Assembly: GCF_001194135.2 (NCBI RefSeq)
Contig: NC_068994.1
Location: forward strand, 22,012,363 to 22,076,362
Source: Octopus bimaculoides
Taxonomy: Eukaryota
Reading direction: 5' to 3'
DNA length: 64,000 bases
Made by a program: the position numbers and the translations under genes. Each line of letters starts with the position of its first letter. The first letter of the stretch is position 1. Below the pieces are notes generated by a model that worked only from the letters and a program-made list of their open reading frames with translations, did not search any database and was not told the origin of the DNA. Below, one piece after another: positions 1 to 12,219 of the stretch.

Positions 1-93
1 ATATATATATATATATATATATAGAAGAAGAAGAAGAAGAAGAAGAAGAAGAAGAAGAAGAAGAAGAAGAAGAAGAAGAAGAAGAAGAAGAAG
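1..93. repeat. Compound microsatellite (AT)n then (AGA)n
   Basis: Read directly: (AT)n 1-22, (AGA)n 23-93. Confidence 0.97.
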
Positions 94-143
94 ATGGAGA
101 TTGGATAGTTAATAATCGTTTATTAACAGCAAATTAATCCTCA

Positions 144-229
144 TCCCTTACAGCTGTTTCAATTAATACTTAATAAATACTAAGTAAATATTTAATTTAT
201 ATGACCTGAGCGTAATATCTTCAGAAGGA
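144..229 (-). ncRNA. Degenerate type I hammerhead ribozyme candidate, Penelope pLTR-like
   Basis: Minus strand tcctt-CTGAAGA-(long AT-rich stem II, T-T mismatch at 10.1/11.1)-GAAAC-agct-GTA-aggga. Stem I TCCTT/AGGGA has one G-U; stem III is the palindrome ACAGCTGT. Confidence 0.35.
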
Positions 230-446
230 ACAAAATATACCCTTAGATGTTTTATGTGTTTATAGATTCATTATAGCAGACTGGGTGATACGGTTTATGA
301 TTTGTATTGTTATATGTTCGGGTGAGGGTTTTACAGGTTGATTGGAGATAAGATAAAGTAGGCAAATAGAGTTAAAACAATAAATTAATTAATTAAATAG
401 AGATGATAGAGAAAATTTAAATATAATGAGGTAAGTTTATAGTTAA

Positions 447-537
447 CTAACAGAAATACCCGGCGTTGCCCGGGTTAAAGAGAATAATGAAATCTAAAAA
501 CGCCGTCTAGACTACGCATCATCTTTATATATAGAGA
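447..537 (-). mobile_element. 91-bp mini-Helitron (non-autonomous)
   Basis: Minus strand A|TCTCTATATATAAAG ... ACCCGG-GCAACG-CCGGGT hairpin (458-475), 7 nt, TTAG|T. Matches Helitron 5' TC / 3' hairpin-CTRR ends at an AT site, with C>T in CTAG. Confidence 0.6.
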
Positions 538-656
538 TGTATATACACACACGCACCCAAACACACGTATATATATGTATATCAATATAAATATATGAAA
601 GTCAATGAAGTTTCGTAAAAGAAGGTGATCATGTACATACTTTCTTGCTGTTGTGA

Positions 657-767
657 TTATAACACCTCATTGTAAACTATGTTCCTTGTTTTCCCTTGTG
701 GAGCATATACAAATAGGTTTTTTGTTGCTGCCCACTCTTGAGCAGCCAACATACAGTTGTCCATGTG
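657..767 (-). pseudogene. Helitron PIF1-type helicase C-terminus, frameshifted, runs into gap
   Basis: HGQLYVGCSRVGSNK(+1 A)NLFVYAPQGKTRNIVYNEVL* matches the Helitron helicase motif VI tail (HGQLYVA.SRV...NIVY.EVL). Confidence 0.85.
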
Positions 768-1313
768 NNNNNNNNNNNNNNNNNNNNNNNNNNNNNNNNN
801 NNNNNNNNNNNNNNNNNNNNNNNNNNNNNNNNNNNNNNNNNNNNNNNNNNNNNNNNNNNNNNNNNNNNNNNNNNNNNNNNNNNNNNNNNNNNNNNNNNNN
901 NNNNNNNNNNNNNNNNNNNNNNNNNNNNNNNNNNNNNNNNNNNNNNNNNNNNNNNNNNNNNNNNNNNNNNNNNNNNNNNNNNNNNNNNNNNNNNNNNNNN
1001 NNNNNNNNNNNNNNNNNNNNNNNNNNNNNNNNNNNNNNNNNNNNNNNNNNNNNNNNNNNNNNNNNNNNNNNNNNNNNNNNNNNNNNNNNNNNNNNNNNNN
1101 NNNNNNNNNNNNNNNNNNNNNNNNNNNNNNNNNNNNNNNNNNNNNNNNNNNNNNNNNNNNNNNNNNNNNNNNNNNNNNNNNNNNNNNNNNNNNNNNNNNN
1201 NNNNNNNNNNNNNNNNNNNNNNNNNNNNNNNNNNNNNNNNNNNNNNNNNNNNNNNNNNNNNNNNNNNNNNNNNNNNNNNNNNNNNNNNGTGTACATCTAT
1301 ATGTATACATATA

Positions 1314-1370
<57 letters not shown>

Positions 1371-1433
1371 TTCTCTCTCTCTCTCTCTCTGAAAGTATCT
1401 GTCATTACAGTATCGAAATGGTGTACATATACA

Positions 1434-1466
<33 letters not shown>

Positions 1467-1559
1467 CTTTCTCTCTTTCTCTCTCTGTGAAAGTATCTGT
1501 CACTACAGTATCGAAATGTGATTGTTTCAGTTAGTGGAATAGTTTCATTTTTAAAGTGA

Positions 1560-1832
1560 AAGTATTTGACACGAGTGTTTTTGTTTCACTTTTGACACGT
1601 AATACTTAAATAGTGGGGGAGATATTATGTTGTCATGTGCTCGAACTCTGCAAGAAGTTAATAATTTTTTGACTAAAACACAACTGGAACCCTAAGTAAG
1701 GCTTGTGTAAAATTTGAATGAAATTGGTTGCGNNNNNNNNNNAAAATTTGAATGAAATTGGTTGCGTAGTTCTCGAGTTTTAGGGATTCACACAGACAGA
1801 CAGACACACATTCTCATTTTTATATATATAGA
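1560..1832 (-). mobile_element. 5' part of a non-autonomous Helitron/HINE-like element
   Basis: Minus strand A|TCTATATATATAAAAATGAGAATGTGTG-(TCTG)n-...AACTCGAGAACTACGCAACCAATTTCATTCAAATTTT, a typical TC start plus tetranucleotide tract. The 3' boundary is uncertain. Confidence 0.55.
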
Positions 1833-3228
1833 TAAAAAATGGAATATTCGTGTATAAGGTATAGAGTTATGAAAATTTGTATATATGCAAGTACGCACGT
1901 ATATATATACACATACATATATGTATCTCTACGTCCATATATATGTACACAGAGATACGCGCATATACTCACACATATACATACATCCACACGTACAGAC
2001 ATATCTGCGCATATATATGTGGCCTGTGTGTTTTCTGTACTCTGTTTATCATTTTGTCCACGTTTTTTTGCAACGTCCTGTACCCAGATATGCATTTATA
2101 TATACATGTAGATGTAGGTATGTACATACATGTAGGTATATATGCATATACTCACATATTATTTGTATTATATATATATATATATATATATGCACGAATA
2201 CATTAATACGTATGCACACTCACACATACATGTATGTATATATATGCGTTTACACCTTTTTTCCATCACCCCTAAGAAGTTAATATAGATCTGTAGTGAC
2301 CATTGGCGGCCAAGCAGGAAAGCAAACTGAAAAAGGGATCTAACGAGAGTAATCTCCCTCGACATTCTCAAAACTTCTAGAAGCTTTCAATTAACTTCCG
2401 GATGACGTGGAAGTCAGGGACTTCCGGTTCATCCCTTATATAAAATGAACGCATTTCTAATTTCGCGCTCTTTTTGCCTGCCGGTTCCTACGCGTACGCA
2501 TAGAGCCACGCCACTCGCACACACACCCACCACCGCACGCGCGCATATTCGCCTCATTCGCTTTGAGACATGTGGTTGCAAAGTATGTTCATGTAAAATG
2601 TTACAAACCTTTTCTTTCAAACCATTCTTATATGTTAACGCATTACATCCAGTAAGAAATATGTTATGACTTATTGTGAACGTCTCACAAGTTATTTTTC
2701 TTGTCGTTTTACGTACAAGATGGTGCCCCACTCTTTCTCACATGCAAGTGTAAAATAATGACATTACTACAGATCCATGTTGGTCAATTAATTCCGTATT
2801 TACGTATATGTACATGTATATGTATATATACGTATATACAGATACGCGCGGATATGTATGTGCGTGTAGATGTATGTATATGTGTGAGTATATGCGTGTC
2901 TCTGTATATATATATATATATATATATGGACGTATGGATACATATATGTATGTGTGTATATACGTACGCGCGTACTTGTATATATATAAATTTTCTTAAC
3001 TTTCTTTATACCTTATAAACGAATATTCCATTCTTTTATATTAACTATAAATTTACCTTATTTATATATTAATTTTCTCTATCATCTCTATTTAATTTAT
3101 TCATTTATTAGAGAGTATTGTAGTTCGCTTGAAGCATTGTGCATTGTTTGTAAAATATAATGTCTTGAATGGTACAGTAATTTAGAGTGGACTATAATAA
3201 CTGTTATAATTTAATTATCTATAGTCTG

Positions 3229-3232
<4 letters not shown>

Positions 3233-3281
<49 letters not shown>

Positions 3282-3308
3282 GTAATAATAATAATAATAA
3301 TAATAATC
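3233..3308. repeat. (TAA)n microsatellite
   Basis: Read directly; one TAG interruption. Confidence 0.95.
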
Positions 3309-3996
3309 ATTCGGAATACAAAAATTCCTCCTTCAGATATCACTAGGAATTGATCGAGTCACTGCTATAATCGGTTTTCCAACGGTTACTGAATTTTTTT
3401 TCCAGAAGGATCTCTGCAGTGGTCTCACGAAGCCCCTTCCGGAATTCCGCATGAGAAGTGCGCGAGGGCGGCCATGTCTCAAGCTCGTGTGTGTTGACAC
3501 ATCGGCAACGCTGTTTCTAAGTTATGTATTATACGTGCAGTTTCTTTCTTTTTTTTTATAGAATACATGAACGTGTTATCAAAAATGAACCTACACGCAA
3601 CCAGATGTAGCAAAATAATATACTGATTGCCAACCTCCAACCTGTTGTTAATTTGGGGCCTTAGTCTGTCTATGAGGATNNNNNNNNNNNNNNNNNNNNN
3701 NNNNNNNNNNNNNNNNNNNNNNNNNNNNNNNNNNNNNNNNNNNNNNNNNNNNNNNNNNNNNNNNNNNNNNNNNNNNNNNNNNNNNNNNNNNNNNNNNNNN
3801 NNNNNNNNNNNNNNNNNNNNNNNNNNNNNNNNNNNNNNNNNNNNNNNNNNNNNNNNNNNNNNNNNNNNNNNNNNNNNNNNNNNNNNNNNNNNNNNNNNNN
3901 NNNNNNNNNNNNNNNNNNNNNNNNNNNNNNNNNNNNNNNNNNNNNNNNNNNNNNNNNNNNNNNNNNNNNNNNNNNNNNNNNNNNNNNNNNNNNNNN

Positions 3997-5902
3997 AATG
4001 AATTTAAAAACACTGTCTAGATTTCGCAGGTCTCAACTGCTAGTAACTGAGATGCCAACTTTCTACATTAATAACATTCCAACCCATGCCAACATTGAAT
4101 ATAGACGTTAAGTGAAATGTTAAAAAAAAGTAAATACACGTGATTCAAAAACAAGTTTTGTGTAGCTTATTTCGTAACCAAACAACAGGTACATGTTATA
4201 AACAATGAAAGGCCGATTTTGGTGATTCATTTGACAGAGGTAGTAGAGAGCCAATCCGATGATAAATTGGATCTTGAAATTTTGCATGAATCCTGGCTCA
4301 GTTAAATCTCTTGTGACTCCAAATGATGTCATCTGTAGTGCAGCGTTGTATTGTCTAATTTTGTTTTGGAAGTGCTTGGAATCTTGGTCAGTTGATCACA
4401 ACAGTTCCTTCAATAGCTCTGGAGGTTGGAGGATTGCAGGGAGTTTAACCTTTCCACCACTGCAGTACAGTGCAAGTGTCTCTCCAGGCCATTTCCTTGC
4501 TTTACGTTGTCTGCACTTAGTTGTCATTGCTCCAATGGAAACTCTAGTGTCATCTGCATAATGAACTGCTGGATCATAATTGAAAGCTGCTTCATAGAAG
4601 TTGTTTCTTTGAGCTGTTGCAACTGCTCTTCGTCCTGCAGTGGAGATCCTATTCCTTGTCAGCCGTGTATACCTCTGTTCATCACTTTGAGATGCTCTGG
4701 TTTTTGTAGTGCATAGTCTGTTCGTTTCTTGGTATGCTTCCCTTTCTGCAGCTGTCTCTCTTTCCTTGGACAGACATTATTTTGGCTGACCTTGACATTG
4801 TAGACAAATTTGACACTTTCCTTCTGGGCATGGTTATATACGTATACAGAAATACACGGGTGCAGAAGATAGTAAACAGTGAAAATAACTGGGTAGCGAA
4901 AGTTATATTTCTTAATATGACCGGGAAGAAAGTAAATAAGAAATTTTTACGGAAAATAAAGAATTGTCCTGGTTGAAGTGAAATTTGTCAGTGAACCAAA
5001 GAGCCAGTATCGAAGGAACCAGAAAAAAGCTGTTAACAACAGAAAAACAAAACCGTTGCAAAAGTAAATAAGAAAATTTTAGGGAAATTAACTAAGTGTA
5101 CAGATTTAAGTGAAATTTTTGAAGTTACTTCTGGCCAGTAAATTATGAATTACTTTTATCAGTAATTCCGTCAAACAAAAAAAAAAATACAAAACGTTGC
5201 AAAAATAAATAAGAAATCTGTCGCCAAATTTAACGAAGTGTACGGATTGAAGTGAAATTTATGAAGTTACTTCTGTCAGTAAATTATGTACGAAATTACT
5301 TTCATCAATAATTGTGAACTTCTTTTTGTCATTAATTTCTTGTTGTTGTTTGTAAATAGCGATTGAAAACTTACAGTGAAAGCAATAGCGATTGAACTTA
5401 AAGTGAAAACAGTAGAAAGTGAGTGAGATATAGAGAGAGGGAGAGAGAGATAGCTAGCTATTACACAAATAAGATAGATATAGATAGATAAGATATAGAC
5501 AGATAGATACAGAAAGAGAGAGAGAGAGATGGATAGAGAGATATAGATGTCCCTGACGATAGAAAACCGGAAGTAAATATTTTCAAAAACTTTTAAAGAC
5601 GTGAATCTAATATAAAGAGCAATATTTTATATATTTTTTAATGACCAATGGATGTAAGGAGACAATCAATTTTTGAAAGTTCGCAAAGAGTCATATCCCT
5701 TCTCCACGTAACCCAGGAACGGGTGTTTTCTGCCCGCAAGGGGCCCATTACTCATTATGTGAAAACTTTTAAGAGTCTAAAACCATCCCTGGAACATAAG
5801 TAATGTATGTTCCCAGTTTGGAGAAAATCAGTTGAAAAATACAACCGTTATAATGTTTTACACACACACACACACACAGAACGGGATTTATACTATATAT
5901 AT
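3997..5902 (-). mobile_element. Internally deleted Helitron, both ends hidden in gaps
   Basis: Contains the Rep N-terminal pseudogene. 3997-4030 resembles the subterminal sequence of the 447-537 element. 5770-5902 is a HINE-like 5' module (ATAGTATAAATCCCGTTC-(TG)n). Confidence 0.6.
4195..4831 (-). pseudogene. Helitron RepHel N-terminal region (Zn-finger-like), with stops and frameshifts
   Basis: Manual translation: MPRRKVSNLS ... AAFNYDPAVHYADDTRVSIGAMTTKCRQRKARKWPGETLALYCSGGKVKLP ... SKHFQNKIRQYNAALQMTSFG ... GFMQNFKIQ / YHRIGSLLP. These are characteristic Helitron N-terminal motifs. Confidence 0.85.
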
Positions 5903-7088
5903 NNNNNNNNNNNNNNNNNNNNNNNNNNNNNNNNNNNNNNNNNNNNNNNNNNNNNNNNNNNNNNNNNNNNNNNNNNNNNNNNNNNNNNNNNNNNNNNNNN
6001 NNNNNNNNNNNNNNNNNNNNNNNNNNNNNNNNNNNNNNNNNNNNNNNNNNNNNNNNNNNNNNNNNNNNNNNNNNNNNNNNNNNNNNNNNNNNNNNNNNNN
6101 NNNNNNNNNNNNNNNNNNNNNNNNNNNNNNNNNNNNNNNNNNNNNNNNNNNNNNNNNNNNNNNNNNNNNNNNNNNNNNNNNNNNNNNNNNNNNNNNNNNN
6201 NNNNNNNNNNNNNNNNNNNNNNNNNNNNNNNNNNNNNNNNNNNNNNNNNNNNNNNNNNNNNNNNNNNNNNNNNNNNNNNNNNNNNNNNNNNNNNNNNNNN
6301 NNNNNNNNNNNNNNNNNNNNNNNNNNNNNNNNNNNNNNNNNNNNNNNNNNNNNNNNNNNNNNNNNNNNNNNNNNNNNNNNNNNNNNNNNNNNNNNNNNNN
6401 NNNNNNNNNNNNNNNNNNNNNNNNNNNNNNNNNNNNNNNNNNNNNNNNNNNNNNNNNNNNNNNNNNNNNNNNNNNNNNNNNNNNNNNNNNNNNNNNNNNN
6501 NNNNNNNNNNNNNNNNNNNNNNNNNNNNNNNNNNNNNNNNNNNNNNNNNNNNNNNNNNNNNNNNNNNNNNNNNNNNNNNNNNNNNNNNNNNNNNNNNNNN
6601 NNNNNNNNNNNNNNNNNNNNNNNNNNNNNNNNNNNNNNNNNNNNNNNNNNNNNNNNNNNNNNNNNNNNNNNNNNNNNNNNNNNNNNNNNNNNNNNNNNNN
6701 NNNNNNNNNNNNNNNNNNNNNNNNNNNNNNNNNNNNNNNNNNNNNNNNNNNNNNNNNNNNNNNNNNNNNATGCAACATCTATATCCCTCCCCATGCCTGC
6801 CATCTCTTATGTCCCTGCCGTAAGGCTTCACTTTCACACACGCCAGCTAAATTTGATTCGTCCTTAGTCGAAAGACACCTGTTGTTATGTCCTGTTATTT
6901 GCATTTGTATTTGTGTACCATTTCTCCGTTTTTTTCCTGTCCTTGTTTTCGTATACATTCGCTGCTTTCTTCCAAGCTTAGTTTTTCCATGGGGCTGGCC
7001 AGATTGGAGCAATCTCGAGTATAACCAGCCGAAATTGTATCATCTAGCTGTCTAGCTGTTTTGCGTTCTTGTCCCATTTTTTGTATTC

Positions 7089-7126
<38 letters not shown>

Positions 7127-8334
7127 TTGCTATTATGTTAAACTGTCGTATGTCCAAATTTGGCTAAGTGCATTTTTTTTTCAATATCTAATTTTGCTTG
7201 CAATAGCCGGTTCTTTTGGTCAAACTATCGTATCTCCAGCTGCTTCAGACGCCAAGATATGAAAATTGTCAAAGTGTAGTACAACGGTTTAGCATGCTTC
7301 AAAAGTGTAGTAAGCGCCACATACGATAGTTTTGCAAAGGTATTTCTGACTGAAAATATCATACTTGCATGGAGTTACGATTTTATGCACCCAACAAAGT
7401 ATTATTGTTAGGCTGAAACTGTTGCTAATGTAAAAAGAAATGGAATGGTGAAACTATTTTTTCGTTTTCTGAAAAAGCAACGTTTTGGACTTAAGACACT
7501 TATGCATATTAGCAACGATATATATGACATGGCAAAATGGACAATTAGAAATTTGAAATACAAAATGCAAAATATACATTACAAATAATGGTATAAAGTT
7601 CGTAGCAGAGTATTTGACGAATGTAAGAGGTTCAACAATTTTCGTTTGTAAGAATGTTTGTCTTTTTTCTATATTTTCTTTTTGTGCAGTGTTGACTAAA
7701 GATACAAAGGGCAGGTGTATATAGTTGGTTGAAACAAGATGCGTTGCTAGTATCATTTGACCAGGTAGTGTGTATGTTGAAAGAAGGAGTAAAAGAGATG
7801 CTGACCGTGCTTAAGCCATTAAAATTTGTGTCTATATTCAACACGACCATGACGTGTAGCATGGATTCGAATTCGCGCCGCTACATTATGAATATCAAGT
7901 CATTACCTAAAAACGGCTTGATCTAACATTTTCAAGAATTGACACAAGAAGATTGATGAAAAGATTTTGTTGGATTTTAGAAGTGCTACGATGCCCAGCT
8001 TCTTGATTCTGGGAACTTGTCAGTATTAGCACATAGTTGTAGATAATAGTTAAAGCAAGTCTTTAGGTGCTTGTTTGCGATTTTTCTGCGAGGCTTTTGA
8101 GTCCTTAGATTTCCCTATTGTTTTTAGTGTCTGGTGCAATGAAAGGATCAAATATGAGGCCTGAAAGTTGCATGTGTTTCATTTTGTGTTTCTGTCTTCT
8201 TCGTGTACTACTTTCTAGCCGATTCCCGAGGCATCTAAGGCCATTTGCTTATTGTAAATATGCGACTAAGGCATGGACTATAGACTCGACGATGTTGTGG
8301 CTAATCAATAACCATCAAGCCACACACACGCACG

Positions 8335-8375
<41 letters not shown>

Positions 8376-8584
8376 NNNNNNNNNNNNNNNNNNNNNNNNN
8401 NNNNNNNNNNNNNNNNNNNNNNNNNNNNNNNNNNNNCACACACAGAGTTTATTTAATAGTTTGTTAAATACAAAAGTTTGCAGGTTTGCTGTTTTTATAT
8501 AGTTCATTTTCTTTATTTCTTTGTTTAGTTGTTTGATGTTGCGTTGTTGGTGTATTGTGTCTGAGATTGTCTTTAGCTCTAATC

Positions 8585-8642
8585 AGAATGGCTATTTCTA
8601 TTACTTAGAATGGCTATTTCTATTACTTAGAATGGCTATTTT
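8585..8642. repeat. 22-bp tandem repeat, about 2.6 copies
   Basis: AGAATGGCTATTTCTATTACTT x2 plus a partial copy. Confidence 0.9.
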
Positions 8643-10539
8643 TATCAAGTAATTAAGGTTGCATATTTTTAATGTTGCTTTGTGGGATATTTTTTTTAAC
8701 GATTGTTGAATGTATGAGTTACAATGCCTGTGTTAATGATTATAAAAGTTTGTAAAAGTGGTACGGCTTTGGTCAGTGGTGTTTGAGTGCGGTGTGATGA
8801 TAATGGACAAATGATCAAAGGAGAGTTGGAGTATTTTTTGCCATATTGCTGTGGTGGATAGGTGTCTGGAGCAGACAGGGATGTCAGAAGAAAATCAGTT
8901 GTTGTTGGCAGGTTGGGAGTATGTATGGTGCTGTGAGTTGTTTAGAATATAACGAGTTTAATTGCGATGTTATTGCTTCAACTCTTGTACAGTCAACTGC
9001 AATTAATCGCATTGCGCAAGTGATTAAATTGTTATGCAATTAACTGAATTCACATAATAGACAGTAAAATACGATATTTCAATATATGGTCAATTGTAAG
9101 CTTACGTTACTATGTTTAGATTATATAACAACAAGAATAAAACGATCAACGTTTTTCGCTTTCATTACGTTTTGTGCAACTTGTTTTTCTTCAAACGTGA
9201 AAACAAAGTCATTTTCGTGGGCCAGGAAATAATAAATTCATTTGTTTAATGTATTGGAAAATTATCACAGATCAACTGATTCACCTTTAAATGATATATT
9301 TAATCGATCCGCAATTGCTCTAAAATATCTGATAAACCAATCCTTACGTTTTCTTGAAATACAATTTTCTTTTTTGTTTTAATTCTCTACAAGCGATAGA
9401 CTTCTGAGTTTGTGCAGAATTCAATCATTTCTTACTGTCTACAATTTCTAACTGCTACTAATTTCAACAAGCCCTCACTGGCATAAAAACTGTCAAAATT
9501 TTTTTCTGTTGAATATTGTGGCTTGACTAGGCGGGCAATGGATATTTGGTTAGGTTGCAAATCGTTCCCATATACAACCAAGTCTCCATATTAACTTTTC
9601 AATGAATCTGTTACTTGGGTCACATCAAAGTTGCTGAGATGTATTGGTGTTGTTGTTGTTATGGTTGTTAGTTGGTTTGTGGGAGCTGCGTACAGTGATT
9701 CAACCACACCAAGCATACAGTTAAACATGATTATTATCGCTGTACAAGTCATATAAAGTTGGCCACTCATCACAAATATACGCGTAAAGTCAGCAAAACG
9801 AAACAAATATAGTGCAATACGCAAAGTTGCTGGATATCAAAATTTACCACTGGGGCCGGATAAAACACAGGAACATGTATACATGCGCCGCTTAATATAT
9901 GCCAATACAACTGCATATCGGTTTAAGCACGCAGTTATTGGAACGACTTGGTGATATTGGAGACCATCATTCTGGCCTGACATCTACAACACTCTATACC
10001 TAAAATCAACTCTATTTATAATCGTTGGAGAGTTAAAATCCAGAGCCTTCCGGAATGATCTTTCGCATGATGTCTGGCTTCTGACTGGACAATAACTCGG
10101 CTGTACACATAATCACGCCGTTGCTATGCTGTGACTTGAAATCCGCAATGTAGCAACGCGAGTTCGCGTCCTACTACAATATTCTCACTGTTGACAGATA
10201 GTCTAACACCTGTATTTGAGACAGATAGCACCACATCGTCATCATTATCATTTCTATCTGTTAATCTAGCATCATCAGTCATTAACGAGACAACCAGTTC
10301 TTCATTCTTTGGGATGTTGTAGACTTCGGTAGACAGTTTACCAGGATTAGTGACCGCGATATTAGAATGATTATAATCACTAGAATGTCACTCCTTATTT
10401 CACGATGACTCTTACTGTGTAAAACAAGGAAGACAACCTGCTGTTCGACATATTCATGGGAAACTACAACAGGGTTAAGGTTGTTGGCTTCTCAAGTAAT
10501 TTGTCTTGGATACCTGAAAAAAGTATGCACTTTCACAAT

Positions 10540-11600
10540 TCATACTGTACGGAGATAATGGCCTGGCAATTCTCAAGCCAAATAAATAAACACACCATTG
10601 ATAAGTTCAGGAAGAATTTTATAAATATCTTCAGAGAATTCGGCCTAACTATAACTTTTATGATCAACTTAACAGAGATTGACTTCCTGGACATAACCCT
10701 AGACAACAAAAAAGCAACTACTACCTCTACAAAAAGCCTAACGAGGGAACTTTTTATATCCATAAAATTTCCCTCCTGTAATTAGAAATCTAGTCTCAGG
10801 TAGTAGCAGAAGAATCTCCACTTTATTGATAGAAAAAGATTTTCAACAGATTCACAGCCATTTTATCGAGGCACTGGCAAGGAGTGGCTTTAATGATAAG
10901 TTAACTTATATGCAGGTTCCTCATGCCACTTCTAAGCCTGAAGAGAGCTAGAAGGAGAAAGGTAATCTGGTTTAATTCTCTATTCAAGCTAAATGTTTCC
11001 ACTAATATAGCTAGGAACTTCCTGATGCTAATTAGATAACATTTCCTAAGAACTCACAGTAATCACAAACTCTTTAATTCCCATAACGTCAAGGTTAGCC
11101 ACTTATGCGTAGATAATATCACTCCCACCATTGCATGCTACTAGAGAAGCAAAGACTCTTCTACACAGTCTTCACTTCACACTCCAGTCTGTAACTCTGA
11201 AATCCTTCCAAATGCCCACTGAGAGATCCTGTTTCTCAAAGACTGTGATCTGTTTAGCTACCTTCTTGCAATCTGATCACATCATGAGACACTACACGGA
11301 CATAACAGCCAATGACTTTAAGAGAAGCTGCACATAACTCTTACACTCCTTCAAGTGTATGATCATGAAACACTCAACCTCCCAGTCCCGCCTTACCTGG
11401 AGACTCTGTGATCAAGGAAATAACCTCCCTAATGCTACATGGAGCGTCATTGAGAGGGCTCTTCCTTACTGCTGGTGAGGCAGTAATTGTTAAATCTACA
11501 TCCCTAAGAATCTGCACAACAGCAGCATGCAATATACATTGATATGTGTAAATTAATCTATCCTACTGTTGTCACAAGAATCAGGCTCTGTTAATGAGTT
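10540..11600 (+). mobile_element. Penelope-like element fragment (RT C-terminus plus GIY-YIG endonuclease), decayed
   Basis: DKFRKNFINIFREFGLTITFMINLTEIDFLDITLD; RRRKVIWFN..F.LNVSTNIARNFL; HKLFNSHNVKVS; a YTDITANDFKR..WSVIERALPY GIY-YIG-like segment. Confidence 0.85.
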
Positions 11601-12013
11601 TTAAACTATCAGTTGCCGATAATCCAGGAATATCACCCTAGGCCTAGCTGGCCTTCACACAATGGCAAAGTATATAATTCCTGCTGTCCATAGAGATTAT
11701 AGCCTTCCATTACCTGATAGCCATACTTATCATTTAAACTCATACGTAACCTGACACCATCAACTTTCTCTACGTGATAACTATTGTTGCTAGAATGAAA
11801 ATATTACACCCTATAGAGTGATGTCGACATCTTGTCTGCTCTACAACATGGAGCATGTAATAAAGGAACTAAAATCACTCTGGGAAATGCCAACTAACCA
11901 ACACTATCATCCTCTCTACTCCACCATGTGAAGTGTGCAATGAAAAAATAGATGTTGCTAGGATAGTTAAAGAATCCGTGTATCCTGAATTGATGAATTC
12001 CATTTTCTTATTG

Positions 12014-12014
<1 letters not shown>

Positions 12015-12059
<45 letters not shown>

Positions 12060-12219
12060 GTATACATATATATGCTAGGAATCTGAATCTGTAATACAGT
12101 ATATATTTTTATACATACATACATACATACATACATGCATGCATACATGCATGCATACATACATGCATATATGCATGCATACATACATACATACATACAT
12201 ACATACATACATACATACA
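12015..12219. repeat. Compound (AT)n/(TACA)n/(CATG) microsatellite
   Basis: Read directly. Confidence 0.9.

Noticed and set aside
1710-1766. Direct repeat AAATTTGAATGAAATTGGTTGCG on both sides of a 10-N gap (similarly CTACT at 17131-17149)
   Set aside because: Typical unmerged contig overlap, not a biological duplication or TSD
2325-2370. Hammerhead-like remnants at 2325-2370, 3305-3340 (minus), 6985-7040 and 46595-46640
   Set aside because: A stem II-like pairing is present but the CTGANGA and/or GAAA core is mutated or truncated; at best dead relics
1820-3018. Many overlapping Y/I/C/H-rich ORFs
   Set aside because: Translations of (TA)/(CA)/(TG)-rich simple sequence; the same applies to poly-I/M/H/N/S-L ORFs elsewhere
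653-6837. Long ORFs (200-400 aa) in the track at 653-1534 and 5769-7055, and similar ones at other gaps
   Set aside because: They are artefacts of translation through N runs; only the Helitron helicase tail at 657-767 is meaningful
7200-8300. Non-repetitive stretch with short ORFs, possibly a DNA transposon interior
   Set aside because: No recognisable motif in any frame; I cannot support a call
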